Below the pieces are notes generated by a model. It was not told the origin of the DNA, ran no database searches, and saw only the letters and a program-made list of their open reading frames with translations. Shown here piece after piece: positions 1 to 14,500 of a stretch of DNA of 64,000 nucleotides (its first letter is position 1; every line of letters begins with the position of its first letter). The translations under genes were made by a program, and so were the position numbers. The DNA is from Phoronis australis (taxonomy: Eukaryota; Animalia; Phoronida): positions 62,001 through 126,000 of the forward strand of contig NMRA01000380.1 in assembly GCA_002633005.1 (NCBI GenBank), read 5' to 3'.

Positions 1-907
1 AATTATGAAGACTTGTCTAGGGTCGTCCAGTGTATATACGTGATGTTTTCAAGAAATTATGATCAGTGCCTATCAATTTCCCCATAAATTCTTTAATGAT
101 GATGATTCTTTGTTTTATACCGAGTCCATTGATACAAAAACGGTGATTTTATGTACGTGTTGTTCACCGTAATATTAAGAGGGTGATTTCCCCAATGTAG
201 TAATGAATTCTTAACCTCAATGTGAGCGTCTGATTTTGACTAGGATCTTGTCTCGCCAGGATACAGCTCTTGAACTCTGCCCACGAAACCGGTTACCTGG
301 AAATGTAGGTCTAAGTTGTCTGTTTTCTTTGAAAGGTTTCATGAGCTAGTTTTATATGACCCGGCTACAACGTGATTGGTCCGAGCAAAACGAGGTCATA
401 AGTTATCATTGAGTGTAGTAGGCCTACTCAAACCAAAAAAATTTACAAGTGATAAAACCGTCGTGTAATTTTAAGCATGCAATTTCAAAACCAGAATCGG
501 TCGAGTATTGGGCGTATGCAGCTTTGTTGGCCTGGTATACTTACACGTAGGTCCAGTTGTATACACGCCGATTAGTTACATCCAAACTGCATTAAGGGCC
601 GCCTCCCCATTGTAGGGAGCAATGAAGGTGACGTCATGAATATTCATTGGATACGAGTTTTGTACTACCCTTTGCAACCCTTACGTATAATTATGAATCT
701 GGTTATCACTACAAAAATAGTGTTATTGTGCAACGATATTTGCGTCTTGATATACAGCCAACTGGGTTATGAAGTGACTTACTGCAGCGAACATATTCTG
801 TATAACAATTTGATCGTTGCCAACTAGTCGAATTGAACAACATTTGAATTTTACTCAACAACTTCAGCCAACCTGTTCACATACTCATCAGACAATTTTA
901 TCAGCAG

Positions 908-1375
908 GCTACACATCTATGTGTTTTTAAAGGCCTTATGTATTTTTATTAACGTGTTTAATTTAAAACGCATCAGACGCATTTGCACTTTAATACAATT
1001 TGTCACATCGCAATGTTTTTTCAACGTCACGATGCGGTTTTAATGTCGGGAATTGAATTTATAATCGAAATTTTAACCTAGAACACTTACGAAAATCTGA
1101 AGTTTTCTATTGTCCACGTAAAGATTTGTTTATGTTATTACACCACAGACTACATGTATGCGTTTTTAAAGACCATATACGTGTTTATCAACGACATGTA
1201 TAATTTAAAAAACATTACATGTGACCCATTTGCACTTTACTTCAATTTGTCAAATAGCGATGCATTTTTCATTACCGTGCTTCAGCTTCACGTTTAGTGT
1301 CGCGTACAATCGAAATCTCAGCCGGGGAATACACGGAGGCTTTGTAGTTAACTATTTCCTAGCGGAAGCATTTGT
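908..1375 (+). repeat. Diverged tandem duplication, unit about 240 bp
   Basis: ctacacatctatgtgtttttaaag...catttgcacttta..caatttgtca recurs at about 909 and about 1150. Confidence 0.6.
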
Positions 1376-2259
1376 TTGCTTGGTTTCTTTTTTGAAATGA
1401 GAATTGCCAGCCAATGGACGACTTTATCTACATTTACAAGTCATACAATATCAGTCTTGAGTTTTTGCTCGTCGCTTGCCTGCAAACCGGCAATAAAATT
1501 ATTTACATTGTACGTGCAAACAAAAGTCGAAAAACGTAACAATTGTTAAGCGTTTTGTATCAGGAAATTCCAATGAGGACCAGAGATGTATAATCAGAAA
1601 ACATCATCTTTAGGATACTAATGCGCCTCCTGGTATCCTGGCTTTTTGGATTTTTAGGAGTTGTTGTGTATGTATGAATTAAACATGCGCAAACAAAGAT
1701 TTCTCTACGATTTGCAATTACCACTTGTATTAACTTGCGCAAGCTCGCATGGATCATTATAGTACTGTCTCGTTTAGCTGGCTAAAACACAAACATCAAA
1801 TTGGGCCTTTTAGATACATAAAATTTGTTCATCATATTCTTTATTGTTAAAGGATGTCGTTTTCATTGAGACCATCAGCGCATTATGATAACGTTTTTGG
1901 GATTGGCTAAGGCCAAAATTGCGAATTCGAAAACTTCGCATGAACACAATTCCTGCAACTTGAGTTGCCGAATCATTCGGCAAAGAGAAATGTTTCCTTA
2001 AAACCCAAAGCCCGTCTATTCATATTCAAAATTGACAGAAACTAACAGCTAACTGCCCTTTTAAATAAAATCTCATGTTTTGTGATAGAACTAATGTTTT
2101 CATGAAAATTATCAGTACAGATATTGACATGAACACAGCACGTGATTTTAGCCTTCATAAAGGTTTTTGTGCACTTTTCAATCATGCGTCATTCAGCCAA
2201 AATTTGGTAACCTCAATATTATGATCGTCTCGAAAAATTAGATATTAAATGTTGTATAG

Positions 2260-2885
2260 GCGGGACTGGATATGAACATTAAGAAAACAAAAGTGATGGT
2301 GATATCAAAAAGGATGGTCTTAAGGCAAACATAGAGATGAATGAAAAGAGAATGGAGCAAGAGGCATTTTAAATACCTAGGTCAACATGTCACACGGGAT
2401 GGCAGAAGTGATGAAGAAATAAGGATACATGTACGCATCGCAGTGGCAAAATCAAGGTCCTTCTCAATGACAGGAGTGCTAACATCAAAGAACATCTCCT
2501 TCACTCTTAGAACAAGACTTGTGATATGCTACATACATTCTGTTCTGCTTTACGGATCTGAGACGTGGACAATGAATAAAAACCGGGGGAAAATAGAGAA
2601 TTTTGAAATGTCGACTTTCAGACGGGTGGCAAGAATCAGCTGGACAGAAAGAAAGACCAACAAAGATGTTTGTAACTTGCTCAAAATTAAACCATCACTC
2701 CAGAATACAATCCAAACAAGAAAACTGGAACAATTTGGTCACATTGAAAGACATGACACCATGTGGCTGGATGACATCAAGGACTGGACGAATCTATCAC
2801 TGCAAGAATGTACCAGAAAGGTAAAGAGCAGAGCAGAATGGCCGACCATTTCAAGTCGACCTCTAAATAGATGACACCACATGAT
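2260..2885 (+). mobile_element. 5'-truncated RTE-clade LINE fragment (RT C-terminus)
   Basis: GLDMNIKKTKVMVIS...FKYLG...DEEIR.RIAVAK...SVLLYGSETWT...FEM..FRRVARISWTERKTN...FGHIERH, with frameshifts and deletions. Confidence 0.88.
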
Positions 2886-4499
2886 GGACGTGGGTGAAGC
2901 TGATTCCTGATCAAATCACGTGGTACTGAGCAAATGTGAAAGATGGCAGTTTTACCATTAACAAGTATTGATTCAAACTTCTAACGATGCCTCCTCAACG
3001 TAATTCAAAAGCAGATGATGACAATTTGCTAGACTTGAACAAAAAATGGTCTGTTTTCCCGGGATTTGGGCTTCTTCCGCAATAAGACTCATCAGTGTTA
3101 ATGGATTCCACGAATAAGTTGAATCAAGGTGTCGCTTGTGAAAATTCATCTCTGCAAATTTAACAGAAAAAGTAAGGGGTTTTAATTCGTACGGTTAGCA
3201 ACATTGTATAATACAAATTATAATTTTATAGCCATTTTGGAAAATTTTCTCAGTCTAAATGTACCCCGTGAACGGATTGTGGCCACGGTACGTTTTCGTT
3301 GTTCAAATTCCAACTGTTTATTGGAGTAGGCAAACACTAAGATAATGCCTGGGCAGATAATTTGTCTCCTTCCTGTCCTCATATTTTACAGGGTGATATC
3401 CATTTAATTTTTGATTAGCGAAATACATATATAGATCTTAGATACAGGTATATTGACACAATTTTAGGTACCCTGCCACATAAATTTATTAAATTAATGA
3501 CAACAACTGATAATGAAGGAACTATAAATCCTGTTTTTTTATCCTTTTGACGTCGTGAGAACTTACATGTACATGTACATGAATATGGGAATGCTGTTTT
3601 TGGATGAACCTGTGACCTTTACTACAGAAATAATATTGATTGCTTGCAAAAAATGCTGAAACTTGAATTTGTACTTTTCTAGTACCCGTGACTCTTGTAT
3701 TCGAACAAAATGCCCAGACCAAAAGCCTACAGGCGGGCTATAGTCATTTTCATGGGTCCATGCATGCACTCTGGGTGACTAATAAATCTGTATATTAATT
3801 AATAAAGGAACTAAACGGAAATTCGTTAACAATGCAAAATTCAAAAATAATTTACATTCTATTAGTCAGCAGTTGTACGAATTGCCGTTTTCCTTTACAC
3901 GCAGCACGCGAATCTTTGAAATATTTTTAAATGCGATGACAAACATAATCGGTATTAAGGCCAAAAGACATATTTTGGGATTACTGTCGGATGGGATAGA
4001 CGACTTGATGTCATTAGCTCTGATCAGTGCTGTAAAGCAACGAAAGTGTTGGGTTTTATGATGTTCCATATAATCGATGAAGTCAAGACACGTGCCTTAC
4101 CATTTAAATTCTATCAATGGTAGCCTTCCCTTCACGTTTACCAATTTAGAACACAGGATAAGTTTCCTCAGTCGAACTATTGCACTTACATATCAACATT
4201 TCGTAATTTTTAGCCTTATTTTTTAACGTGTTTGGGACTTCCAAGGAAACTTCATTTGTTAAACATGTTAGCCACAGCTGAGCGAGTACCCATCGTGCAT
4301 GAGTCAGCTGTCAATCATTACGGCGTCCATTTTAGGTGGTGGTGCACCACCAAAATTAAAAATTTGGCTAAAAATGGTTTCATACTCGTTTAAGTTCGAA
4401 ACTACTTGGAGTTGTATTGAATGAACAATGTCTCGACTTTTAGAAACAAGAAGATTCATCTGTTTTCGCGGCAACCACATTTTCTCATTCATCAACAAA

Positions 4500-4672
4500 A
4501 AACGCTCTTGTTAATTTTTGGGTGTTACGACTCGCGTTCGACAGAAACGCTCCGGGTAAGTCTTTGTGTGTTGCCGCAAATATTTCAACGGTTGGGCTTA
4601 GACCCAGATGCCCCGCTTTATGTCCCGCTTCTTAATCCATTTGTTCCCTTTTTAGTTGCTGAATGTTGACCG
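4500..4672 (+). repeat. Dispersed repeat (probable DNA transposon end); related copy at about 54450-54631
   Basis: Shared blocks agaaacgct, acccagatg.cccgcttt, aatccatttgt.cc.ttttt and aatgttgacc. Confidence 0.55.
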
Positions 4673-5262
4673 TAACAATTCTTTAACTGGTAGATTTTTG
4701 CCCATTTCTTTATCTATTCGAAAACTTTTATCCTCAAAATCTGAAATAGTTTCTCGTATTTTGATTTTTTAATCCGAATAATCAATTGTATCAAATGACA
4801 CCAAAGGTCCAATTACTTATAAAAATATAAAGATTTATGATTTTGGATAAATGCCTGACTAAATTATCCACTGCAGGTGTGAGGGATCCATACTTCGAAA
4901 CCTTTGTCTAGGGTAACAATCCCTTGAATCGTAGCCATTTATATGACCGCTGTGGTTCATTTTCTTCTTAGGTTACAATTACACGCTGTTATTTTTCGCA
5001 TTTTGGTAACACTCTTGGTTATTAGTATTAAAAAGATATTTTTAACCAGTCAGGTATGCTAAAGGATAATTACATATGAATTAAATTATTTATCTTTTGC
5101 TTCTTGTAAAATTATCAAGACCTGACAAAGGTCTGTCATACAATTTGGTTGAAAAATGGTGGTGTTGCGCAAAAATTTAATGAGATATTAAATAACATAG
5201 CAAGTAGAGTGGCACTCTACATTTTTTTCTGATTTTGGAATTGAAAAACCAGCCTCCCATTC

Positions 5263-5415
5263 AGTAAGGCTAGGACCTCGCTAAAAAGCAAGACTTCGCG
5301 AGATTACGTGAGATATTGCCGTGTATTTTAAATGAGACCACACGAATTTGGCTAGATTTTAGCTACATGTATTTCCTAGCGTTGGTCCTAGAATTAATGA
5401 ACACACGCCAGGTGG
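5263..5415 (+). repeat. Dispersed repeat; second copy at 43226-43372
   Basis: agtaaggct.g.acctcgctaaaa...aagacttcgcgagattacgtgagatattgc is shared in direct orientation. Confidence 0.75.
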
Positions 5416-8400
5416 AGTTTAGTCCAACAGTCTGTTCCACATACAAAAATGAAGAGCATAATGGGCCAAAGATTTCAAAAACCTTTCAAAAAAATCCTAT
5501 TGAAACTGATTCCAAAGTCAATTTTTCCACTTTTCACGACTATCGGAAGTGCATAAAGTCACTTGAAAAAACGAGCCACGATATGCTTAATCAGCGTTTT
5601 CACCCCAAAGCCACCATTTGCATGCAATTGCTAAGAACTGAGTGACAGAGCATTCGCCAAAAATTCTCCAGATTCTGGAAATTATGTGAAAGGTGGATGT
5701 CGACCAGATCAGTTTTTCACAAATCCATAGAGTCTGAAGGGTACCTGTATTTCCTGCTAAATTTCAACTTCCCGATTGCAAGCACTAAAAGCTTAACTAA
5801 AGTCACGACTGAAAAAGTGGGTCAAGGGGTCAACGGTGGACACTATTTCATTCAGAATAGATTCGGAAATCAAGAAAATGCCATTTGTAGTCTTCACATG
5901 CAGCACAAGACTTAAAATGCCAACACGAAAACTTTTAATGAAATTGGGGCAGCTAAATTCAACTGTGCCACCAGCCTCGTCCCCACACCTCACGATGGCG
6001 CTGATCGGTTTAGCCATTTGAGGATTGGTTATGGGAAATGAAATGTGTCAGAATTCTGACACATTTTTACGGAAATCCCCGGAATATCACGAGTAATACA
6101 ATTTTGAATTTTTTTTAAGTTATGTATAGAAATGAAAACTAACGGTATATTACAACAGTTTAGGTCTGACTTTTTGTAAATAAACTGCTGTACATGTACA
6201 TGTATCTTGATTACAAAAAAATATTTTCAATGGTACTATTAATAAAAAGAATTGAAAAGAAGTGCTCCAACAACATTTATTTCAGTCAATATCCAAAATA
6301 ATGTCTTCTGCTTCATAAATGGTTTTTAAAAAATGCCTCTGAAACTAATTGAAATATGCATTTGTTTTAATGACGCCAAGGCAGCGGTCAATCATTGCCC
6401 AGAAAGGAATTCCCATAACCAAGCCTCAAATGGCTAAACAGATCAGCGTCATCTTGATGCTTGGGGATGAGGCTCTGTGCAAGCTGCACACGCCGGAATA
6501 AACGTTTGCAAACAACTGTTATGCATGCGTGGCGCAACGTCAGCGCCGTGAAATTGCAGGTGACATTCCACGGATAGAGTTCAATGACAACACGTAATCG
6601 AGAGCGAAAGTCCAGGTGGGCAGTTCTCAAAAATCACTAATCGTTGCAAGTGACCCGACAAAAATTGCCCTGTCATTATAGACACCATAAGGAACTCCTC
6701 GGATATTTCCGTAGCCTAATTTTTGTCTCTCAGACGTGTTATTTGTCTCTGCATGTGAGAACTCCATTGTTCACAACAAAGGGCAAGCTTTGGTCAAGTG
6801 ACGGCTAAACGCATGCCTTCAGTACTGGTTCCTAGCTTCAGCCCAGCAGATCTCAACAGCCTTACGCACAGGCCTCTTTAACTCTTAGTCTGCCTCAAGA
6901 TGTTTTGTTTGTTTGTTTTTAAGCCAGTTATCATAGGGTGATCCCGTGCATTCTCTATTTTGAGAAGTTACATGGCGTGGTATGATGTTTGCACCTACAC
7001 AGATTTGAAGCGCATGCGAAGGATCATTTGAGAGTACGAAATTACTCAAGGTGTTCCGGATGAGAAGCCTCCGGGAAACGTTTGGGTCAGCAGAACAGGT
7101 CGAGTATCGTCCGATACATTGTATGCGACCAGGGCGTTACCACCATGTTGTAAAGAACGCGATTTATATGATTTTGTATGCAATGTTCACACTGTGTTAT
7201 TGTTTGAACGATATCCATATTATTGTATTTCACCGGGACCGATATCCTATTATTCAATGGTAAATGGTATGAAATCATATCTTCCTTCCGCAATGGAGTG
7301 CATGTACCATAAAGCGTTTAGCCTGGTTGCCAAGGGTTTTCCAAGGAGGGATTGCACTAGTTGTCACCTTTGGCCAAGAGGAGCGAGTGGTGGGGAAATT
7401 TGAGCAACAACCCTACGCTACCTACAACACTAACAGACTATTCAAAACTAGAGTCAACCCTCAAAAACAGATATAGAAACAATTAATTGAATTTTATTTA
7501 TCGTGGTGGCATGTGCAAATGCACACAGGGCAGTCACGACAAGTCGTTTTAAACCAAAGATCTATAATGCGCAGCGTTGTTCATGTTAATGAACAATATT
7601 ATTTCAACCAACAATGATAATGATAACGAGTAAAGAAATAACAATAAGTAAAAAAATTAATGTGCATTGCAATTGTGAAAACTGAGCCTTTAAGGTTGAC
7701 ATAAATTAGAACAGCTTATACTTATTTAATAAATGTCTCGTCTAAAAAACAACATAAATCAAAAACGTACTTGTTTTTATTATGAGAAAGTGCCAGACAC
7801 TTCAGTTTGAATTAACTGTTTTGTCTGCGGTTATGGAATTCTACTTAAAAGAAGAAATCCTCCTCTTAACCGTCTGAAAATATGTGGAAAACTGGTGACA
7901 ACCTAAGCAGTAAGACAATTTCGTACTTGCCATGAATGTGAATCCTAGTTTTTTTTAGATATGCCGCTTGAGATTAAGTAAAACTTGATGTGTCAAAGTG
8001 ATGATATTTCACTTAGCCCATTACAAACTTGTTTCGCTTGACGCGTAGTTCAAACGGATGGTTTAATTATGATTTACAAGGTGAAATTAAGGCGTGACGA
8101 GTTCGGAAGGATCGGTGTATTTCGTTCCTGTACTCAGAAAATTAATAAGTTGGCGGATGACGTAGGATCATGCATCGTGCGTTTCCCACAAAAGAATGTC
8201 TACTTGTACATGTAAGACGTCATGCGTTTTAGTTAACTACGCGTGAGAGAGTATCGCCGTTATCCGTGGTCCACATAACAGGCCGTCTATATGACGACGG
8301 CTGAGAAAATTTCTTGACAAATTCAGTGTCGAAAGTACGTGACATTGTACTTACCCACTTATTGTTTTCCAATAGATTTAAGACTATGTCAAATTTGCCA

Positions 8401-11400
8401 CGGAACACTGGTTTTGATGGCAAAAACAACAGATCTAAACATCGCAGGAGAAATGGAATCACTTGTAATGCAGGGGGATGTCTGGCAAGATCTTTTATGA
8501 TCTTAACCACCATTTTCCCATAGAGGTGTATGTACGAAATTAATAAAGTTTTAACAAATTAATTCCATACTGGCATTGCTCAATACAAACAGGGCTGTAC
8601 ATTTCGCTAAGTGTTACTCTGGGCGGATTGCCAACTCGGGCGATCCGTGTGTAGAGAGTGAGACAAATTTTGTACATCATTTACTAGATTGCTGATAGAA
8701 AAAGCCTAGTTTTGCAGTCTTGTGTGCCCAATGGTATATTTTGCTCTAAATTTTTTTCACAACTCTTGTTGCACAAAAGTCATGTCGTCAAACTTTATCC
8801 GATGGCTGCCAAGACTGATTATACACGTTTCTCGTTTTCCCGTGTCATTAGACAGGTTACATGTACGTGACATTTTAGTTACGTGCTTTCGACAGGATAT
8901 AATGAACACGGTGAATTGTTGTTATCACAGTTTAAACTCGTGTAACGTACGGCGGTCACAGCATGTGCATGTATAGTCAAGGTGCAATGTACTCTTACAT
9001 ATGGTAACACATTCAACAGTTACCGGAGACTGAAATCCCGAAAACTGATTAAGCGCTACTGCTAACACATAGATAGACGTTTCTAAAAATCATGTCGTTG
9101 GACACCATGCCTGAACTTTTCAACTACATACAGCGTACCCGGCGAAGCCAGCATGCGAAAGAAAATACATTCACGTATGAAAATCCACGTATTTTTCATG
9201 AACTCTGAACAGTTGTTGAAGTCTTATCAAAACACATGTTTAGAGGCTATTTCTGCTTTTGGTAACTTTCACTGATTCCCTTTCTTGGAAATTGTGCATT
9301 TCCTATGTAATTTTGATCGGGCTCACTAAATCTGGACGATTTGCAAACGCTTCTTGGCAATTCTAGGTGAGGTATTTATGTACTAAAACGACGGAAGAAC
9401 CGTTTGTAGTTAGTTATATGTACCTTTTAAACAGAGAGGTTTTTCTTCACTTTCAGACAATATTAAGCATACAGTCAGCAGGGAATTTCCAAACTAAAAA
9501 GGTTCGAGATGGAGAGAATTCGTGACAGGACGAGTGTGTAGATTTTTCTTTAATGCAACGGTGTAAGACTTTTCGCCTTTTTCGGCAAGTCGATCATAAC
9601 AACGCATACCAATGTAATTTACAAAATACTTTTCTATATTAACCAAAAAAGTGTGAACATTTAGTATTTTTAGACGGTAACAGCTTGGGATGGTTTCGTT
9701 TAATATGAACTCAAACAACCAATTTAAACATCCTCAAGGTTGTTTTCTATTGCGCAAATGTCACTTGTGTGTAGTAAACAAGCGAAGGTTTTCGAATTAT
9801 ATTCTAATTAATTATCACCGGTAGCATGACAAGCTAATAAATTATGCATTTTACTGCATTGGAAATGCATTGCTCTTTTGACCGGAGAAATTCTGACTTG
9901 TGCATTTTCCTGTTCTAATATATTGCTCTTTTGACCCTCTTAAGATATATATAAATAAGTGTTTTCGAGCAATTCGAGCAGGATTTTCTGACCAGTTCCA
10001 GACGTAACTTTGATGCCGGCTTTCTTATACAGAATCAAGGTAAATAAATTATTTTTGTTCAAATCACTGTACATTTTGCACGTTGTATAGCATACCGTGC
10101 ACCACACAATATTTTTCGTTCTTGTGATTGTAGACCAGTGAAAGTGATGAGAGTCAAATTTAGAACTTGGACGCTTAACCGTTATCCTGATATGGTAAAA
10201 TAGTTTAGCACTTAATCGAAAAATTAGACTTTGGAACTTTTCGTCAAACTCATTATGGATCGCCTTGATTAGCACCAGCTTAATCCACACGTACACGAAT
10301 CAAGCAACCTAAAACACTTGAAGTCTTATTCGGGCTCCCAGTGGTTCAATAGAGATTAGATTTGCTCAGAACCACCTTTTCAATGTTAACACTTGCGATA
10401 GGATGTCGTTCTGCATGTATCGATGTTTGCTTAGGCGTGCTTGAAATTGCACCGTTCAAATACTAAGGATGGTGATGCAATTAGATGTAAATATGCGAAA
10501 TACCGACCAAAAATTATTGCTGGATGGTGTTGATTTTTTAAAGTTATTAGTTTTTACCAGAGTTATCAAACAACAAAATCCATTGTGTTTTTGCGACTTC
10601 ACTACCAATGGCAAATTCTTGGCGTTGTCTCACATAAATTCGTGTTTGAATTACTCATCTATATTTCAAATGGCAATCTCCATCAGCACGACGTCTGAAT
10701 GCGACCATGAAGGTGTCATGTTCGAATCCCTGTGGAGCTGAACTCATAAAACTATTTTTCTCACTGATAAGTTGACTTTGAAGTTGATTTTGATTACACT
10801 TGTGCGACAGATTGGGAAATGTTAAGGTGGCCCAAACGGCTTTATTTGTTATCTCGCAACTGATTTCAGTTTAAATATAAGGAAATGTAAAAGCATGACA
10901 TATTTTACCTACCGACTTACCTGTCTCAAAACAATTGAGGTAGGGTAAGGAATGTTAATAGTATGTTAAAGACGGTTTAGCACCTACTTGAAAGCGTTAT
11001 TTATGGCCAAATATCTACGAAATAATATATTTTTATTCTGCTGGGTGTTCGACATAATTGAGCCAATTACCAAACGACCAGCCGGCAGTTGGATTTTGAG
11101 GTAAACCATGTGTCGTCGTGCAATTCTTGACATGGCAAAAAAGAAAAGAACACCCATAATAAAATAACGGTATCATTACCATGACCAAATTTTTTCTCAT
11201 ATAAATTTCCATTTGTCGAAATTATCATTTCGCTTTTGTTTCATGGAATCTTTGAGTTTTTTCATCAAAACCATAAAATTGCTTTTTAGAAGCGCTCAGG
11301 ATAAATAGCATATTTCAATAATAACTCTTAATAGCGTGTTGGAGAGCAGCGCTCACACTTAACATCTGAAACTCATGTGAATTCGATAATAAGTCATTTC

Positions 11401-11534
11401 CGATTTGAAGTGTTCCTAATTTAGCAAAATTTGATATTCTACTGGGGTCCAACATAACAGTGGTTTTAGAAAGTAAATCTTTGTTTTTGTTTTAAGATAC
11501 AAACATTAGTTTGTCGACATTTCAGGCCGTCAAC

Positions 11535-11577
11535 ATGAGAATTCTCTTTCTGGCAATGGCAGTGGTGATGGTGCAAG
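11535..11577 (+). CDS. Gene A signal-peptide exon (MRILFLAMAVVMVQG)
   Basis: ttcag acceptor ends at 11525, ATG in caacATG context, hydrophobic stretch, phase-1 donor gtatgt at 11578. It parallels the gene B signal exon ending ...VLMQ. Confidence 0.75.
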
Positions 11578-14500
11578 GTATGTACGTGGTGTTCGTGTTC
11601 AGTAAACAAATGTATACCCAATTGAAATGGAATGTCACAAACGGATGGTATCAGAAGTTCTGAAGGTAAATATTCGTCTGCCCTAAAACAGCTGGGACGT
11701 GACCCTATTTGAGTCAGTGCATTGTTTGCAATGACGCATGAGCCTAAATTAGTAATCTAACTCATTTTTTGAAGAAACGGGTTTTGTCTATAGTCCAAAC
11801 CAAGCTATGATATGTGTTGACTTTTCATAAACCTTTTACAACGCCAAAAGCTCTGGATTTCGTAAAGTGAAACGAATCATAAAAATGGCTACCCTTGGTA
11901 GACTTGGCCGATTCCACCCGGTCATCCGGCTAGGGCAATTGACGTATAGCCAGCATTTTGAGTGACGGCTTAACTGACCAATCAGAACGCAGCATTCTTG
12001 ACACACTTCGTTTCCTAACAGAACGTTGCTGGGTAAAACTTATTGTTTGTTTGTCGAATTTTCACCAGTGACAGAACTTGCGAAAGGTCAATTAAAGGTT
12101 CCAGACTATTGTCTCGGCGGAACCGCCAAAGTTAACCGAGTGCAGCTAATGAAGGGTGGTGTAATATAAAACTCAAAAAACGACGTGTTCTGGGAAAAAG
12201 CTAACTCGCAATCCATGTATGCAATAGATCTAAGAGTATTTACACAAAAGCTGCAACAAATGGAAAGTTTGTGGAACATATTCGTATAAATTCTGCCTAT
12301 CAAAACAAAGCATTTGGTAGTTGCAATGTCCACTAAATTATGAGTATTTAGAGAAACACTGCTACAAATGGAAAGTTTGTGGACATATTCGTTTATTCTG
12401 CCTATCAAAACAAAACATTTGGGAGTTGCAATGTCCATTGAAATTAAGTGTTCAGACGGGGACTTGGAACAACCTATTTCGAAACTTGGATCCGCCGAAC
12501 AAAATTGAAATTTTGTTTTAAGTTACGAGGAAAGATAAACTCCTTTGTAACACCTATCATTTCAATCATTACTTGATAAAGAAAGTTTACTGCTCCATGA
12601 AGTGAACTGTATACCTGAAAGGCCATGTAACATCGATTCATCATCTCCGGACAACATTGGTGAGACTCACATATTCTTTCAAACCCGTGAACTCAAACAT
12701 TGACTATGAACTTTCCCTGGCTGTAATACAGTGTGTGTCCAGAAAGAGTTTTTTGAAGAACGCGTTTCGAAACCTTGTTCCGCAGATATGTAATGAAATT
12801 TCGTTTCATGTTTGTAGGTGCACCGCGTAACCTCCGGGGATATGACTGTGCGAACGATTTCAGATGTCGTAAGTAATTATTCGGTGACGTTGCATATTTC
12901 ATTATTTTATCTCCAAAGGCCAATGTCTCAACAGTCAAAGTTAACAATGAGCCAAGGGCAAAGCTTTATGGGAAATGTTATTGTCAAGCCTGGCACAAAA
13001 CTCGTCTGGAGTTGGGTTAAGAGACGTGGTCGGACGTTTTGACTAGAATTTATAAAGTTCCCTGATGGCATTGTGAATAAAAACGTGGCTTTGGCTTCGT
13101 TCATTTATTGCCGGGGTTCTTATGTTCGACTCTTTAGAAATTTTGAATACCAGAGTCGTGACTAACTAAGCCTCTTGTTCACCAGGCCCGTCAGAGGTCA
13201 GTAATGTAGTAAGCCAACTAGTAGCTATACTGTAAGGCGTAGCTCATGTAGAAAACAACCATACGTCAAAATCATGCAGTGGCAGAATAAAAACTTCTAG
13301 GGCATTTCAAGCAACAGTCTTGTCTGACGTGTTTAATAGTCTGACGGTCAATAACGCCAACCACTCACGATAACATGTCACTGTCGCACTTGTGCAACGG
13401 AAACTGAGCTTGCCTTAGTCGGCAATGCTGAAAATTCTGATTGAACGGTCGCGAGATAACTTGCGAGAACATAGTAACAACTTGTTTGATGTTGATCTTA
13501 TCTTGCCTGATCTTGGCCAAGTTGCAAGACGGTCAGGGTTACTGAAAAAATCTCAGAAAAGAACTGTGGAAGAGTTTTTGCGTATGCGACCATCCCTGGA
13601 GGTCACCGAGCTGAAAGTGTTACCCAAGTAGGAAGATGGCTAAGTTTCCTGCTTCTGCAGCGTTCGTTTTTCCCGACCTCTTTGGATGTTGGGAAACCAC
13701 CGTTATGTTGAATACTTCTCTTACGCTTGCAAGCGTCTTATAATCTGCATTTATCTGATCGTAGAATGTGTTAATGGCGGCACATACTGCCCTGGAGAGC
13801 ACAGAGTTTGCAAAAACAGACAGTGCGTTTGTAAAGACGGTTACGTGGAAGTAAACGGAGTTTGCCAAGGTAAGTGACTATGTTAATGGAGTGTCATAGA
13901 ATCATTGTAAAAGCTTTTTAATCTTAAAGTAACGTAGGAGACTAACAGCTTTTTGGTGATTTCAAACAGACTTCGTTCTGCCCATGCTATTAAGTTATGA
14001 AATCAAAGATTCACCACATCTTAATCGTGCCACAAAATGGCCCGAGTATTACGACTGTCATACGTGTAGTTGTCGATATTTCCATGCAGATTTGATTATT
14101 TCCCCGTATGCGTGAATGTTCATGTATTCATGCTTGCAAGTGTTCAAGGGTCGAACACAACGGACTTACATGGCCATGAGCATGTAAATGTTACTGTCGT
14201 TCTTTTCAGAGGACAAACCTTGTGAGGAAGGTGGAAGTCGGTGTAACGGTGGCAAAATATGTGACAAAGAGCAAAAGAAATGTGTCTGTCCCCCTGGAAC
14301 CATCTGGTATCAGAATAGTTGTCAACGTGAGTGCCTCGATGGTTTTCTTTGGGAACCTCACTGCAGCATTTTCAGATGAGGTGGCAACATCACCAAATTC
14401 ACTTTAAAACTAATCTATGGATTGCACCGGTTACCTTTTCAAAGAGCAAGAAAAGTCTAATTTCTGGAAAGTACACGTACATGTACATGTGCATTGTACT

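Noticed and set aside
8229-8513. 94-aa minus-strand ORF with an internal GTAAGT donor-like site
   Set aside because: No canonical upstream acceptor, no recognisable domain and no partner exons were found; it cannot be supported without RNA data.
10670-10740. B-box-like GTTCGAATCCC at 10720-10730 (tRNA or SINE head)
   Set aside because: No cloverleaf or clear A box; at most a decayed SINE.
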